Assembly: GCA_964019425.1 (NCBI GenBank)
Contig: OZ025800.1
Location: 868,001-932,000 of the forward strand
Source: Flectonema sp. DT1601
Taxonomy: Eukaryota
Direction of reading: 5' to 3'
Length of the DNA: 64,000 bases
Positions 49,589 through 61,914 of this stretch are shown here, piece by piece. Within the stretch, counting starts at the first letter, position 1; the number at the start of each line of letters is the position of its first letter. The position numbers and the translations under genes are program-made. Below the pieces are notes generated by a model that was given only the letters and a program-made list of their open reading frames with translations, was not told the origin of the DNA and made no database searches.

Positions 49589-49698
49589 TGTTATGTGATG
49601 ACTACCTACTGAAAGAAAAGATAATTTATTAAAAAATAATCCAACACAGTCATTCATTCCAAACCATAAAGCAGCTCACGCTCTCAAAAATAATTCAG

Positions 49699-50634
49699 CT
49701 ACAATTTTGAGAGGCTTTTCACAGCTGGGATGCCAACAAATCTATAGCCACTACCACCACCACTGCCATCATACTTTTTAATAACACCCCCCGCAGGTTT
49801 AGCAAAGTGTGTTCCAATAACAAGTGATGCCTCCGCAAAGATAGGAAGTAATTCTTTACGTGTCTGAGATGCTTGAGAAGAACAAACATCAACTGGTGTC
49901 GCTGATATGTTGGGGTGGCTTACTTGAACTGGATGATGAAAAGCATCACCAGTTATAAAACATCTTTCATCTCTCGATTCAATCTTAACACAAACATGTC
50001 CTGGAGTATGTCCCGGGGATGGTATTAAAGTAACACCAGGTACTAGTTCCTCACTCATAGAGACTTTGTGAAGAAGTCCCTTTTTATTAATCGGATCGAT
50101 GCTGTCTCGTAGTAGTTCCATGTCCTCCATTGCTGCCTTGTAGGCGCCAGCATTTTCTTTTGCTGTGTAATCCTTAGTCCAGAAGTTAAACTCAGTGGTT
50201 GTCACTATGTACTTAGCGTTTGGGAAAGTTGGTTCCCAAGATCCACTTTTCGATAATTTACAATTCCAACCCACATGATCATCATGAATATGTGTAAGTA
50301 CCACGTGTGTGAAGGTCGTCGGATCGAATCCGTGCTTCATCATTTTTTCATCAAATTTTGAATTTCGGTTACTCCACGATGGTACACTTCTCTTTTTGCA
50401 ATCACCCACACAAGTATCGACGGCTATTCGATAGGTTCCGATGTCGATTACTAACATGTGGACGGATAAAATTAGTTTTCCGTTTTCCAAATAATTTTCG
50501 TATTCCCCCCCAACTCCTCCGTCATCTTCTCTGAAGATCGCAACCGCATCAGGGAGAAGATACTTTGGAGGTACCAAAGAAGAGAACTCCACAAGCTTTG
50601 TGATCGTTGCATCTCCCACCTGCCAGCTCTCCAT
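49699..50634 (-). CDS. Metallo-beta-lactamase-fold hydrolase
   Basis: VDT, THIHDDHVGWN, PTFPNAKY, PGHTPGH, TGD, GTHF; intronless. Confidence 0.9.
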   Translation of the reverse strand: MESWQVGDATITKLVEFSSLVPPKYLLPDAVAIFREDDGGVGGEYENYLENGKLILSVHMLVIDIGTYRIAVDTCVGDCKKRSVPSWSNRNSKFDEKMMKHGFDPTTFTHVVLTHIHDDHVGWNCKLSKSGSWEPTFPNAKYIVTTTEFNFWTKDYTAKENAGAYKAAMEDMELLRDSIDPINKKGLLHKVSMSEELVPGVTLIPSPGHTPGHVCVKIESRDERCFITGDAFHHPVQVSHPNISATPVDVCSSQASQTRKELLPIFAEASLVIGTHFAKPAGGVIKKYDGSGGGSGYRFVGIPAVKSLSKL

Positions 50635-50806
50635 TTTTGGACAGGCAACCTGTTTTAGCAAGAAGGTGATTAGCGAAGGTCAAATGAGTAACCTTGTGAT
50701 TGCACACTGTACTTCCATTCACTTCTCATTTGTAAGCTTAGCGAGAGTTCAACAATCGTTGCTTACAATAAATAAGTTTGGCAAAGGGGGAATATAATAA
50801 TTCAGA

Positions 50807-51331
50807 CTACTTAGTAGCTGATTGGTCAACGAAGCGACTGTTCTTTTTATAGTCATCACCAGATTGCGATACGTTGTATCGCATTTGTAATTCCTTCTCA
50901 ACGAATCCTAATTTTTCATAAAACGTTTTGTTTTCTTCTGAACAGTCAAGTATAACTTTGTAGCACTGTCGACGACAAGCTTCTTCTTGTAGAGCATCGA
51001 CAACACGCAATCCGAGGCGTTTACCTCTGTAGGACTTATCCACAACGATGTCTTCAATGTGACCAACTAAGCCACATGAACGAGTGAATTTATTCTCAAA
51101 AATAATGCTTCCACTTCCGATAATAGTCTTCTTTTGAATATCTTCGATCACTACGGTGAAGTAGCCTTGTTTCTCTCTCAAAGCGTGCTGAGCCTTAAAC
51201 TGATCAAATGTTACCTTACCAACTTCTGTCAGGTTTCCTAAGCATTCCAAAAATCCAATCTCGTAATCACTCTCTCGTAGAGAACGGACGATAAATTCAT
51301 CATCCGAACGACCAGTGAACGTGGTGGTCAT
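50807..51331 (-). CDS. GNA1: Glucosamine-6-phosphate N-acetyltransferase, copy 1
   Basis: E.KF....G..GHIEDIVVDKSYRGKRLG, YKVILDCS, FYEKLGF. Confidence 0.92.
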   Translation of the reverse strand: MTTTFTGRSDDEFIVRSLRESDYEIGFLECLGNLTEVGKVTFDQFKAQHALREKQGYFTVVIEDIQKKTIIGSGSIIFENKFTRSCGLVGHIEDIVVDKSYRGKRLGLRVVDALQEEACRRQCYKVILDCSEENKTFYEKLGFVEKELQMRYNVSQSGDDYKKNSRFVDQSATK

Positions 51332-51764
51332 GTTTGAGCAGCAACTGATGAGTGAATTATTATTTATGTGATCTCAACACGATAGTGTTTGCTTTGTGTT
51401 TCTGTGTTTAAAAGAATTACACCGAAAACCAACTAGACGTTAACGAAGCGCCTTGAGTATCATTTCTAAATCGGCAGAAGTTTTCCTTATTACACCTGTT
51501 GTGAAAATATAGGAGTTTTAAAAAAAAAAAAAAAAAAAAAAATCATAAATTTCAGTGCAACTATTTCAAGCTCAAACCAGGCATACTGTTCGATTGCCTT
51601 TAATGAGTCTCACTTTGTTATTATAGGGGGTGATCGTGTCCCGTTCGAAAGACGTTCGGATAAACAGATGCGACACGTTGCCTACAACAACAGGAGTTGG
51701 AAAGTATTTCTTTTTTTTTAGAGAGGAAACGTTCATAAAACAATTCAGCACTGCTTGGTTTCGT

Positions 51765-52307
51765 CTACAAGCGGCTGGTCATTTTATGTTTACGTAACTG
51801 GTATACGAAGCGACTGTTCTTTTTATAGTCATCACCAGATTGCGATACGTTGTATCGCATTTGTAATTCCTTCTCAACGAATCCTAATTTTTCATAAAAT
51901 GGCTTGTTATCTTCTGAACAGTCAAGTATAACTTTGTAGCACTGTCGACGACAAGCTTCTTCTTGCAGAGCATCGACAACACGCTGTCCGAGGCGTTTAC
52001 CTCTGTAGGACTTATCCACAACGATGTCTTCAATGTGACCAACTAAGCCACATGAACGAGTGAATTTATTCTCAAAAATAATGCTTCCACTTCCGACAAT
52101 AGTCTTCTTTTGAATATCTTCGATCACTACGGTGAAGTAGCCTTGTTTCTCTCTCAAAGCGTGCTGAGCCGTAAACTGATCAAATGTTACCTTACCAACT
52201 TCTGTCAGGTTTCCTAAGCATTCCAAAAACCCAATCTCGTAATCACTCTCTCGTAGAGAACGGACGATAAACTCATCATCCGAACGACCAATGAACGTTG
52301 TGGTCAT
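51765..52307 (-). CDS. GNA1: Glucosamine-6-phosphate N-acetyltransferase, copy 2
   Basis: Near-identical tandem paralogue differing in a few residues and the C-terminus. Confidence 0.92.
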   Translation of the reverse strand: MTTTFIGRSDDEFIVRSLRESDYEIGFLECLGNLTEVGKVTFDQFTAQHALREKQGYFTVVIEDIQKKTIVGSGSIIFENKFTRSCGLVGHIEDIVVDKSYRGKRLGQRVVDALQEEACRRQCYKVILDCSEDNKPFYEKLGFVEKELQMRYNVSQSGDDYKKNSRFVYQLRKHKMTSRL

Positions 52308-52484
52308 TTCTTGGAGGGCAGTGAACTGAAAAAATAAAATTAATTATTAATACACACAACAACAAGCTACTTATTTTTTGGTGTAAATGAAGAAGACGAA
52401 ACAAAACAATTAAGGAAAGTGTCCCCACTCTTCCTTACCAATGTGGTATAAATAGAAATATAATCATCGACGATCAGATGGTAT

Positions 52485-54546
52485 TTATGTAACTTTTCTA
52501 AAACTCGGTGGTTTCATTAAGTCTTTTACAACAGCTTTAAGTCTACCGGTTGCTCTCAATTGACATTTCGAAGGGGCAGTTGGAACGAGTGATGAGGATC
52601 TACGAAGTAGTTTTAAACTCGAACGTCTTCGTTTGAGAGGTTCACAAGACTTCGAAATTCTAAAAAGCGATTCCGAACAATGTCGTTCCCTGACTTCGAC
52701 ACTGTGCTTACGCAACTGTTTAGAGAGCAGTACTTTCAACCAACGTTGAAACACTTGTCTAGACCCAGTGCTGGGCTCTGTCATCCAAAAAGGTTCTTCT
52801 TTCACATCATAACAAACACTGCAGTAGGAAAGACTGCGTACAACGTGATCCCAGGTGCTCTTGAGAATATTTTTTCTAAGAAGTTCATCTTTTAAAATAC
52901 ACTCCACGGCATCGTCTCTCGCAATCCGAAGTAACTCAGCTCCTTCAGTTCGCAATAAAACAGAACGAACACCTGAAGTTGGAATGGTGTCAGGGATTGG
53001 TAGCTTTTCAACCATCGCTTGTTGAATGGCTTTCGTATTTCCTGTAGGAGGTTTGGTTTTGTAATTAGGTTGCTGCATCAATGATAAAATAGTTTTCTAA
53101 AATAAAGAGAGAGCATACCTGTACAAGAAAGGAAGACATCTCTGGAGGCGATGTAGAAGATATCGTTTGTTTGTGAAGATTCTTGTTTTTTCTCTTGCAT
53201 GGATTCAATCAGACTGATCAGGACGTCAATTTCACTTTCCAGTTGAGAAATTTCACTGCACTTTTGATCTTTAGCCTTCGCTTCGAGTTCGTTGAATGTT
53301 TTAGTTAAAAGCTGACTTTTCCGTCTCCAATTCGCACTTTCACACGTTGCTGCTCTAAATTCATCTTCCTTCATCGCAAGATTTTTAGTCATAATTTCAA
53401 TTTCATTTCTCATTGATTTGATTTCCTCATCGTTATTCTGTTTCTCTTTGTGATGTACAACAATTTCTTTGAATATCGACGCCTCAGTCTCATCCCGTAC
53501 CTGATGTAAGTTGTTGGTTTAATGATGGTTGTTACTTGGGAGAGAGGAGTGGTAAGGAGAAGTAATCAAAAGAAGAATACCTGAGTTTCAACAAGACGTG
53601 CCCATTGACCAGCTGTCACATTTGCGTCAGAAAGCTTAGCGGAATCAATAGCTGATTGCAGTCGATGAATAACATTCTTTAGGAGATGCTTCTCTTGTAT
53701 GCAGTCAGCCAGTTCTCCATTTTTCTCTTTTAGAATTTCTTCTCTTTCAGCGATTCTGTATTCAAGGATTCGAGTTTTGTCAATTTCACATTTCAATTCA
53801 GCTTTCACTGTTGTGAGTTGAAATTGGATTTGATCCATCTTTTCTATCCACGACTGCTCAGCGTCATCAATGGCAGCTATTTGAAGAGTTTCGAGTGATC
53901 TCTGTTGCTGTTTATTACGTTCCATCTCTTCGCGTAGTTTCGAATCCGCTTCTCTCATAAGACGTTCTCTGTAACTGACCTCTTCTTCTAACTGAAGTTG
54001 TATTACTTGGACTTGTGATAGGTGAGCTTCTTTAAGTTGTTCAAGTGCGAATACTTCTTCTTCTCTTTCTTTGTGAAGAGTGTCATCGGAGGTTACTTTA
54101 GTCATGTCTTCCATACAAAGTGGGAAAGCTAATCCACTATCAAGAGTGTGACCAAGATCAATAGCTCGATAGAGTTGACTTCTTAGCTCGATAACTTCTC
54201 TTATCATTACTTTTCTTTCTTGTGCTGATCGGGCATCTCTGCGGAGTAGTCGACTTCTCATAAAATCCATTAAATTATCGTAGTGACCAACTTTTCGAAC
54301 TTCTCTGTCCAGGTCAGCTTTCATCATTTTATTCGATTGTTTGACTCTCTTGTTTTCATTTAACAGTTCTTGTGCACTTTCTGATCTCATTTCAGCAACG
54401 CTGTAGATCCTTCGGAGGAGTGTTTTTACAATTTTTTGTTTTCCTTCACATACATAGTCGAGAATCTCTCCTTCTGTAGTCCGAACAAGTGTTTCGAACT
54501 TTCCTTCAAACAACTTTGACGGATCAGAGATTAATGTAACTTCCAT
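52485..54546 (-). CDS. Coiled-coil protein; exons 54546-53581, 53500-53119, 53041-52485
   Basis: GT-AG introns 53501-53580 and 53042-53118 join three ORFs in frame; start uncertain. Confidence 0.7.
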
Positions 54547-54731
54547 TTTAAGAAGATTAATCACTTCTGGTATGTCATGTTGAAACTTTTAATAAAATAA
54601 TATTATCGTTTATAATGTTTAGTACTATTGGTGTCTGCTGTGTTTCTGTGAGTGCATTTACAATTCTACAGAAAACACGCTGATTTATGTCTACCTGTAA
54701 AGGAAGACAACAGGAATTATTTCCAACAGCA

Positions 54732-54803
54732 CTAGCAGAGGTTTCGAAGAGCCTGAGTATTTAGTTCAAGCTGTTTTATTATTTTGATTGAGGTGAATAA
54801 ATC

Positions 54804-54834
<31 letters not shown>

Positions 54835-55148
54835 GTAAAAAGTAAAGGATAAACACAAACCTTTTTCATGAGTTCTTCAGGAGAAAGGTTCTCAGTAGGC
54901 TTACCATCATCTAGGGCCCCACCAGCCAGTTGTTTTAGCTGAGCTGTCACACCTACGAGTTGTAAGAGAATCTTTGATATTAATTCACCATCACATCCAT
55001 CAGTTAACTTATCAGTTGCTGCTCTCATCAATTCTTCAATGTCGTTAATGCTGTTAAAACCTAACTCTTGAAGCTGAGCGAGAGCATTGGCGACTTCTTC
55101 TTTACTGTCGTCACCTAATCGGTTTAGTTGAGGATGGACTTCAGTCAT
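54732..55148 (-). CDS. Small acidic helical protein; exons 55148-54861 and 54770-54732
   Basis: Intron 54771-54860 (GTTTGT...AAACAG) removes the poly-A run and gives ..LMKKLELNTQALRNLC*. Confidence 0.55.
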
Positions 55149-55863
55149 GTTATTCAATTCAACTGGTTATGAGATATGAAGAGGAAATAATAATAAAGAA
55201 ATACTACGACACAAAAAAAAACACTACATAAAAAGAGAAGAAGAAGAAGATTTTCCCTTTTTTTTCCACAATGTAAGTTAACGGAGAGTTTAATAATTTC
55301 CAAAGAAACGTGTAAACGAGTGGAGTGTAATCGAATGCACCAAACCTGGTGATTAATACAACATGTACCAATACAGAACTCTTCTTTATGAATCAGGATA
55401 GCCATGGTAAGATGGATTCAAATTCCTCTTATGACTACCTCCATGAAGAGGTTGGCACTCCAACAAATAATGATCAGTAGGGAGAGATAGTACTGTCGTT
55501 CTTCTTCTATTCGAATTGCGTGTATTCCTCTTACTCGAATCTACTGAGAAATTTCCTATCACATTTAACCCGTCATCATGTCTTCCCATTTAGTACGATT
55601 ATGTGGTCGACACTTACTTATAGTTTTTAAAGGTGTTTCCTGGATGAGAATATTTGTTTAACAAACATCAGCATATCAATCAAAAAAAAAAAAGGTTACC
55701 GAGAAAAAACAACGACAGAAAATATACAAGTACAGCAGACAAATTTAAAAAAAAAAAAAAAGGGTTACAATTCAGCATAGCATCTAATGTGGTTCAAATA
55801 ATATCATTCCTGTATCGCGATTCAATTAAAATTTGATTTGATATTCAATGGGAGGGTCGCATG

Positions 55864-57576
55864 TTACATAACAACATCTCGTCTTTGAGAGTAATGAGAA
55901 ATAGGAAGTGCAGACCTACCTCCTCTCCCCGATTCAACAGTAAAGTCTCGGTGTGCTGTTTGGAGGACTTCTTCCTTTCGCTCAACAGCTTCGCGTTGTT
56001 CGCGGAGCCTAATTTCCATTCGAATTAATTCATTTTCCTTATCCTCCTCTTCGTCTCTTCGTTGGTCAGCTTCTTCTTCAGTTTGACGAGTAGCTGCTAT
56101 GATTTGTTGATGGTCTTCTAGTTGCTGCTCGAGAATATTTTTTGATTCTCTCTTTGACTCCAACAGAGATCTGGAGTCACGAGACTGATCTTCAAGACGC
56201 TGGCGATCTTGTTCCATTTGTTGGATTTCGAGCTGCTTCTGACGATGATTCTTCGTAACATCATTCTCCGCATCAATCACAGATTGCAATTCCTTCTCAG
56301 CAGTCGCTACATCATCCTGAGCCCTCGACACTTCTTCATCAAGCTGTGGATCTTCTTCATCCTTCGCCGCTAAGATAACGTTGTCAAGTTCGCGTTCTAT
56401 GTTTGTTATGATGTCTTCTTTTTTCATTAGTTCTCTCTCTTGATCAGCTACCTGCTGTCGTAGTCGCTCCAGTTCGTTAGCCGCCCGATCTCTATCTGAC
56501 TGAGCGATTGTTAACTTCTTTTGTTGTTGGTCGACTAGTCGCTGGGCATTCTTCTTTGAAATGTTATTCTTTTTGATGTGATCACGAGCCTGGTTCAGAG
56601 AGGTCTTAGCAGTGCGAACATGAGAGCGATATTCTTCAGAGTCTTTGTGTGCAGTGAGCTTGTCTTGTTGGAGTTCACGTTCCTCAAGTCGAAGTCGTTG
56701 TAAATTAGTTTCTAAAGATCGGATGTGAGACATCTCTGTTTCATTATCATCTTCACATTGTTGAGCAGTGTGAGTGGCTGCTTCAACTTTCCGATCCAAA
56801 TCTTCCGCCACTTCTGACTGAGCTGTTAGTCTCTCCTTCCGTAGAGAGTCTTGTTCGTACCTTAGGGATCGATACAATAGGGAATCTAATACTTTTGGAA
56901 ACATTTCAGAGAAATTCTGAAATTCACCATAAGTTACTAAACTATCGCCATTGCTGTCTGCTTTCTTATAAAACAGGTCGTCAACAGTTTCATAAGACAG
57001 GCATTCGGTACCACACAACCGAAATCTTTGAAATACATCCCTCCAAGCATCAATTGAAATAACATTTGAATCAGATATCGATGTGCAAATATCAAAAACT
57101 CGTCGAACTTTATCAGAAAATGGAACAGAAGTAGCGAGGAACGGATCCTCATCTGGACGAGTATACTGCTGAGGATGTGCTGCAGAAGCTGGTGTTGGTT
57201 GGTATGGTGATGTTGGTGTTCCTGGATCATGATGTGCCATGTGTGAATTATAAGACACGGCTGATGGTTTTTGTGGTGGAGGGATCCTTCCAGGAGTGTC
57301 TCTGTGCCAGGCTGTTTCCTTTTGAAAAATATATATTTGACAATAGTCTTCCAACTGACTTGACGCTACTAGATCTACCCACATTTCCATTCTTTCATCA
57401 AACACCTGTGCTCTGTGAAATTCAAATCCGGGATGTCCAGCTCTCCGCGCACTATTCTCAGCACCCATTGTCGAAATGATCTTCTCTCTAAGTTCGGTAA
57501 TTGTTGGGACGATATTGAACGATAGTTCAAAATTACACTTTGTTCCCAAATCAACAGCTGCTAAGACCACAAACAT
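55864..57576 (-). CDS. BILBO1: BILBO1-like flagellar pocket collar protein
   Basis: N-terminal K.NFELSF...P.I.EL, WVDL....QL.DYCQ.Y.FQ...WH....IPP as recalled for trypanosome BILBO1, then EF-hand DSNGDSLVTYGEF and long coiled coil; 570 aa. Confidence 0.85.
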   Translation of the reverse strand: MFVVLAAVDLGTKCNFELSFNIVPTITELREKIISTMGAENSARRAGHPGFEFHRAQVFDERMEMWVDLVASSQLEDYCQIYIFQKETAWHRDTPGRIPPPQKPSAVSYNSHMAHHDPGTPTSPYQPTPASAAHPQQYTRPDEDPFLATSVPFSDKVRRVFDICTSISDSNVISIDAWRDVFQRFRLCGTECLSYETVDDLFYKKADSNGDSLVTYGEFQNFSEMFPKVLDSLLYRSLRYEQDSLRKERLTAQSEVAEDLDRKVEAATHTAQQCEDDNETEMSHIRSLETNLQRLRLEERELQQDKLTAHKDSEEYRSHVRTAKTSLNQARDHIKKNNISKKNAQRLVDQQQKKLTIAQSDRDRAANELERLRQQVADQERELMKKEDIITNIERELDNVILAAKDEEDPQLDEEVSRAQDDVATAEKELQSVIDAENDVTKNHRQKQLEIQQMEQDRQRLEDQSRDSRSLLESKRESKNILEQQLEDHQQIIAATRQTEEEADQRRDEEEDKENELIRMEIRLREQREAVERKEEVLQTAHRDFTVESGRGGRSALPISHYSQRRDVVM

Positions 57577-59061
57577 ATTGATTAATTACCTACCAAAGAT
57601 AAGTTAGTATTAATGTTATCAAGTCCATCAGACCACCGAGTATCGGTTATGTAGACACTCAAAGAGTACCGGGTGGCTCTTCTGAGGGTCCTCAATACTG
57701 CGGTAGTAGGAAGCTAATCCCGAGGGGGATTATTTTGTTAGTATCAGCACAGGGCATACTAGATCAGGAGATCTAGAAACACTTTACTTCCACCTTGTCT
57801 GGTATACTAGCAGGAAACCACGCAATTAAGTAAACAAAGAAAAAAAAATAAATAAAATAAAATAAAAGATGCTGACAAAAAGTCGACCTGTTAGTGAAAC
57901 CTTGCCACTTAGGTTAGCTCTTCCAAAACAACCAAGGCGGAACAAGATTGACTGCATGGAAGGTGGAAACCGACAGTGTGCGAAGAAGAAAAAGTAAAAG
58001 ACTTAGGTAAAGCATACAACAGGTTATTTGGGAATAACCGCCGTCACACGGGAGAGTGATGAGTAAACCAGGGGCAATAATTACAACTTGGTCCACCGGG
58101 CTGGTGACAATGTTCCAACGTAGGCGTGAAGGGATGTTGTGACCATCAGTATTGGTGTTAAGACCCACTTGACATAAGAGCAAGTGTTAAGGACGGTTGA
58201 TAACACCTATTTTCGCCAAGAGAGGAAGCGCATGCCACAGGGGGATACCAAATAAAATAAAATAAAACAGAAATTCTTTTGGGGGGGAGATGCGAGTTTG
58301 AACTTTCTTTTACTTGTTCAAGGAACACTTCACCGTAAACGACAAAATGAGTGACTGCCATTTAGAGAAACAAAGTACGTGTTAAGAGGTACCTTGACTT
58401 AACAAGATATGCCAAATAACGTAAAACATAATGAAGATTTCTTACCGAGCACTGATACTTCCCTATGAGGAGGAGTCCAACAGTCATGCCGTAATACTGT
58501 GAAAGGGAAAAGGGATTTAAAAGATAGCAGATAAGAAAGAGGCCATACAAGCCAGGGAGAAAGAATGGTGCCACAAAAACCTCTGTCCTTTGTTGCATAT
58601 AGAGGACTGGCCAGATAATAAAAGTCCGTTGCGAAGGCCAGTCTGAAAAATAAGAATTACACTGATAGAGGACGAGGAAGAGTGGAACCAAAAGCCTTAT
58701 CCATCAACCACTGTTAGCATCATATTTTTCTGGGCGCTACATGTTTTCACAAATATATTATTTTATTTATTTATTTATTTATTTATTTACGAAACCTAGG
58801 AAGCCAAAAGCCAGGAAAAGCTCACAGAGTAACAGCTATATCGCTACCAGCAACCGTGAGACTCTCACAGATGATAAGAGACGTAGAATAACCTGGAACA
58901 AATGACTACCTAAACCCACCGTCCACGCGAGCAGACAGTGTTAGAGACGGCTGATAACGCCAATTATATAAATCAAATGAATAGAGTCCTTGATAATTTC
59001 TTTTTTAGATCCAGCAAAAGATATAAACATTTTCAAGAAATAAAACCTAATTCAGGGAAGC

Positions 59062-60598
59062 TATTCGAAAGTATTATGAACCAAAGAAAAGATGGAATGA
59101 CTCTCACTTTTATTTCTTTGGTACAACAGTGGAAAATTAAATTTCAAAAAAAAACAATAGCAATACACACTTTTTTCGGAATTTACAGAAAAATACTCCG
59201 AAAATAAAACAACAAGATGGGCTAAGCCTTTACATTCATGTTCGGCATTCCAATAAAGGAAGAAAGAGGAAAAAGATGATTTTATTTTCTCTTTTTTTTT
59301 AAGTTAAAAAATAGGGCGGTAACTTGATACTGTAATTAAATACAACTAAAATAGAGTTCAGCCAAATCCAGTTGCCATGTAAAAAGACTAACAGTTGGTA
59401 TCGATGCAATCGAGTGAGGGTGAAACCTTTGACATAAAAACAATAACAACTTTTGATATTAATACAAAATTTATATTGTGTTTTCTGAAAAAAATATATT
59501 TGTTGTTGTTAATCAGAGTAAAGGTACCTTTAAAAAGGGAAAATCCAAAATCCCACAGGTTATTCGAAAGTATTATGAACCAAAGAAAAAGATGGAATGA
59601 CGCTCACCTTTATTTCTTTGGTTATCTCGAATCTGTATTCTCCTTTAGCATTTTGGCCAGTCACAACAGTGGAAAATTAAATTTTAAAAAAAAACAATAA
59701 CAATGCACACTTTTTTCGGAATTTACAGAAAAATACTCCGAAAATAAAACAACGAGATGGGCTAAGCCTTTACATTCATGTTCGGCATTCCAATAAAGGA
59801 AGAAAGAGGAAAAGGATGATTTTGTTTTCTCTTTTTTTTTGAGTTAAAAAATAGGGCGGCAACTTGATACTGTAATTAAATACAACTAAAATAGAGTTCA
59901 GCCAAATCCAGTTGCCATGTAAAAAGACTAACAGTTGGTATCGATGCAATCGAGTGAGGGTGAAACCTTTGACATAAAAATAATAACAACTTTTGGTATT
60001 AATATATTGTGTTTTCTGAAAAAATATGTTTGTTGTTGTTAATCAGAGTAAAGGTACCTTTAAAAAGAGAAAATCCAAAATCCCACAGGTTATTCGAAAG
60101 TACTATGAACCAAAGATGGAGGATGGAATGACTCTCACCTTTGTTTCTTTGGTACAACAGTGGAAAATTAATTTAAAAAAAAAAAAAAAAAACAATAACA
60201 ATACACACTCCTTTCGGAATTTACAGAAAAATACTCCGAAAATAAAACAACGAGATGGGCTAAGCCTTTACATTCATGTTCGGCATTCCAATAAAGGAAG
60301 AAAGAGGAAAAAGATGATTTTATTTTCTCTTTTTTTTTAAGTTAAAAAATAGGGCGGTAACTTGATACTGTAATTAAATACAACTAAAATAGAGTTCAGC
60401 CAAATCCAGTTGCCATGTAAAAAGACTAACAGTTGGTATCGATGCAATCGAGTGAGGGTGAAACCTTTGACATAAAAATAATAACAACTTTTGATATTAA
60501 TACAAAATTTATATTGTGTTTTCTGAAAAAATATATTTGTTGTTGTTAATCAGAGTAAAGGTACCTTTAAAAAGAGAAAATCCAAAATCCCACAGGTT
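59062..60598. repeat. Tandem repeat, ~3 copies of a 500-540-bp unit
   Basis: gggctaagcctttacattcatgttcggcattcc recurs at ~59220, ~59760, ~60258; cccacaggtt at ~59552, ~60082, ~60589. Confidence 0.95.
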
Positions 60599-60876
60599 AC
60601 TTGTGTTCCCTTTATGAGCAAAAACTCCCCTCAATTAGTAAGCAACACTTATTAGTATTATATTTCATTAACAACTTTAGGTATTAAAAACAAAATCAAT
60701 ATCAAGTACTTGAAAAATTCTCAAAGAAAAATTACGTTTGGAAAAAAAGAAAACACAAAAGGGAAAACTATACTTTTTGTCTTATTGACCAGAAGATGTT
60801 ATCGAATCTGGTAATTCGGGGACCACGTACTATTAAGTTGAGCGTCCCATGCCCTGTAGTCCGTTACAACTTACAC

Positions 60877-61914
60877 TTAAACAGATTTAAAAGAATTCGT
60901 ATCAGGCATTTGAAAAATTCTAGGCTGCGAATCCATAGACTCGACCTTCCTCTTAGACTTTGATTTTATAAACTGAGTAATTTCAGGAACATCAAGCAAA
61001 CCAGGACAATTAAAGAGAAAGGAAGAATCAAGAAGTGAAACATTACTCAGAGAGGACAAGTCTATCTCCATGAGTCCAGCATTACACATAAAGTATTCTC
61101 CAATTGAAGTTACCTTCGTTAAACAACTGATATCAATCGTCTGCAGAAATTCACAGTCGGATAGGAAGGAATGTCCTATTTTAGTTATGTTCGATAAACC
61201 GCTGATATCAATGTTAGTTAGGGAAGTATTATCACAGAGGAATGCATCAGGTATTTCCGTCAGTTTACTAAATTTTGACAAATCGATAGTTTCAAGCGCA
61301 GAACATCCATGAAGAAATTCAGTGCCTATCGAAGTTACATTACAGAGGCTTGACATATCTAAGTGTGTAAGACTATCACAGTTTTTCAGAAATGAATCTT
61401 TGATTGTTGTGACATAGCACAAACCAGTTAAATCTACTGAAGTCAGTCTCATGTGTGTGTGATCTGATTCGAATAAAAACGAATCTGCGACGGATGTAAT
61501 TGAGGGTTTAGGATTACACCATTCAATACTTTTAACATTTTCTGGCAACAGAAGGCAATCCACATCAATACTTCCGTCAGTTGTGAATGTCGGGCTGTCT
61601 AAGTAGAGGATTTTGTTTGGTTCATCTTTAAATATTGGTTTTATTACCTTCGCCTTGACAGGATCCTTAAAATGGTCGAGTCTGAATATTTGAATCAACG
61701 ATGCGACTAATTGAGAATCAACTGACACACCGTGAGATACTATCTTAGAATTAGAAGGAAGTAAAGCTCCTCCATAATTGAGATCTATTCGACAACTATC
61801 AACTCCCCATTCATCTGCTGCTGTGTTTGATGCTTCCTCCACTAAAGTATCTGTCGTTGTCGTAAAGTTGACGTCACAGAACTCTGTGTTAGGACATGTT
61901 ATTGTGAGATTCAT
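60877..61914 (-). CDS. Ubl-like domain plus leucine-rich-repeat protein
   Basis: 24-aa repeats L..IDLS.L.NVTSIG..FL..C; N-terminal Ubl-like pattern (IDLNYGG..L....I..HGV). Confidence 0.85.
   Translation of the reverse strand: MNLTITCPNTEFCDVNFTTTTDTLVEEASNTAADEWGVDSCRIDLNYGGALLPSNSKIVSHGVSVDSQLVASLIQIFRLDHFKDPVKAKVIKPIFKDEPNKILYLDSPTFTTDGSIDVDCLLLPENVKSIEWCNPKPSITSVADSFLFESDHTHMRLTSVDLTGLCYVTTIKDSFLKNCDSLTHLDMSSLCNVTSIGTEFLHGCSALETIDLSKFSKLTEIPDAFLCDNTSLTNIDISGLSNITKIGHSFLSDCEFLQTIDISCLTKVTSIGEYFMCNAGLMEIDLSSLSNVSLLDSSFLFNCPGLLDVPEITQFIKSKSKRKVESMDSQPRIFQMPDTNSFKSV

Noticed and set aside
59062..60598. CRISPR array or coding repeat
   Set aside because: Units are ~520 bp, near-identical throughout, with no unique spacers and no conserved ORF
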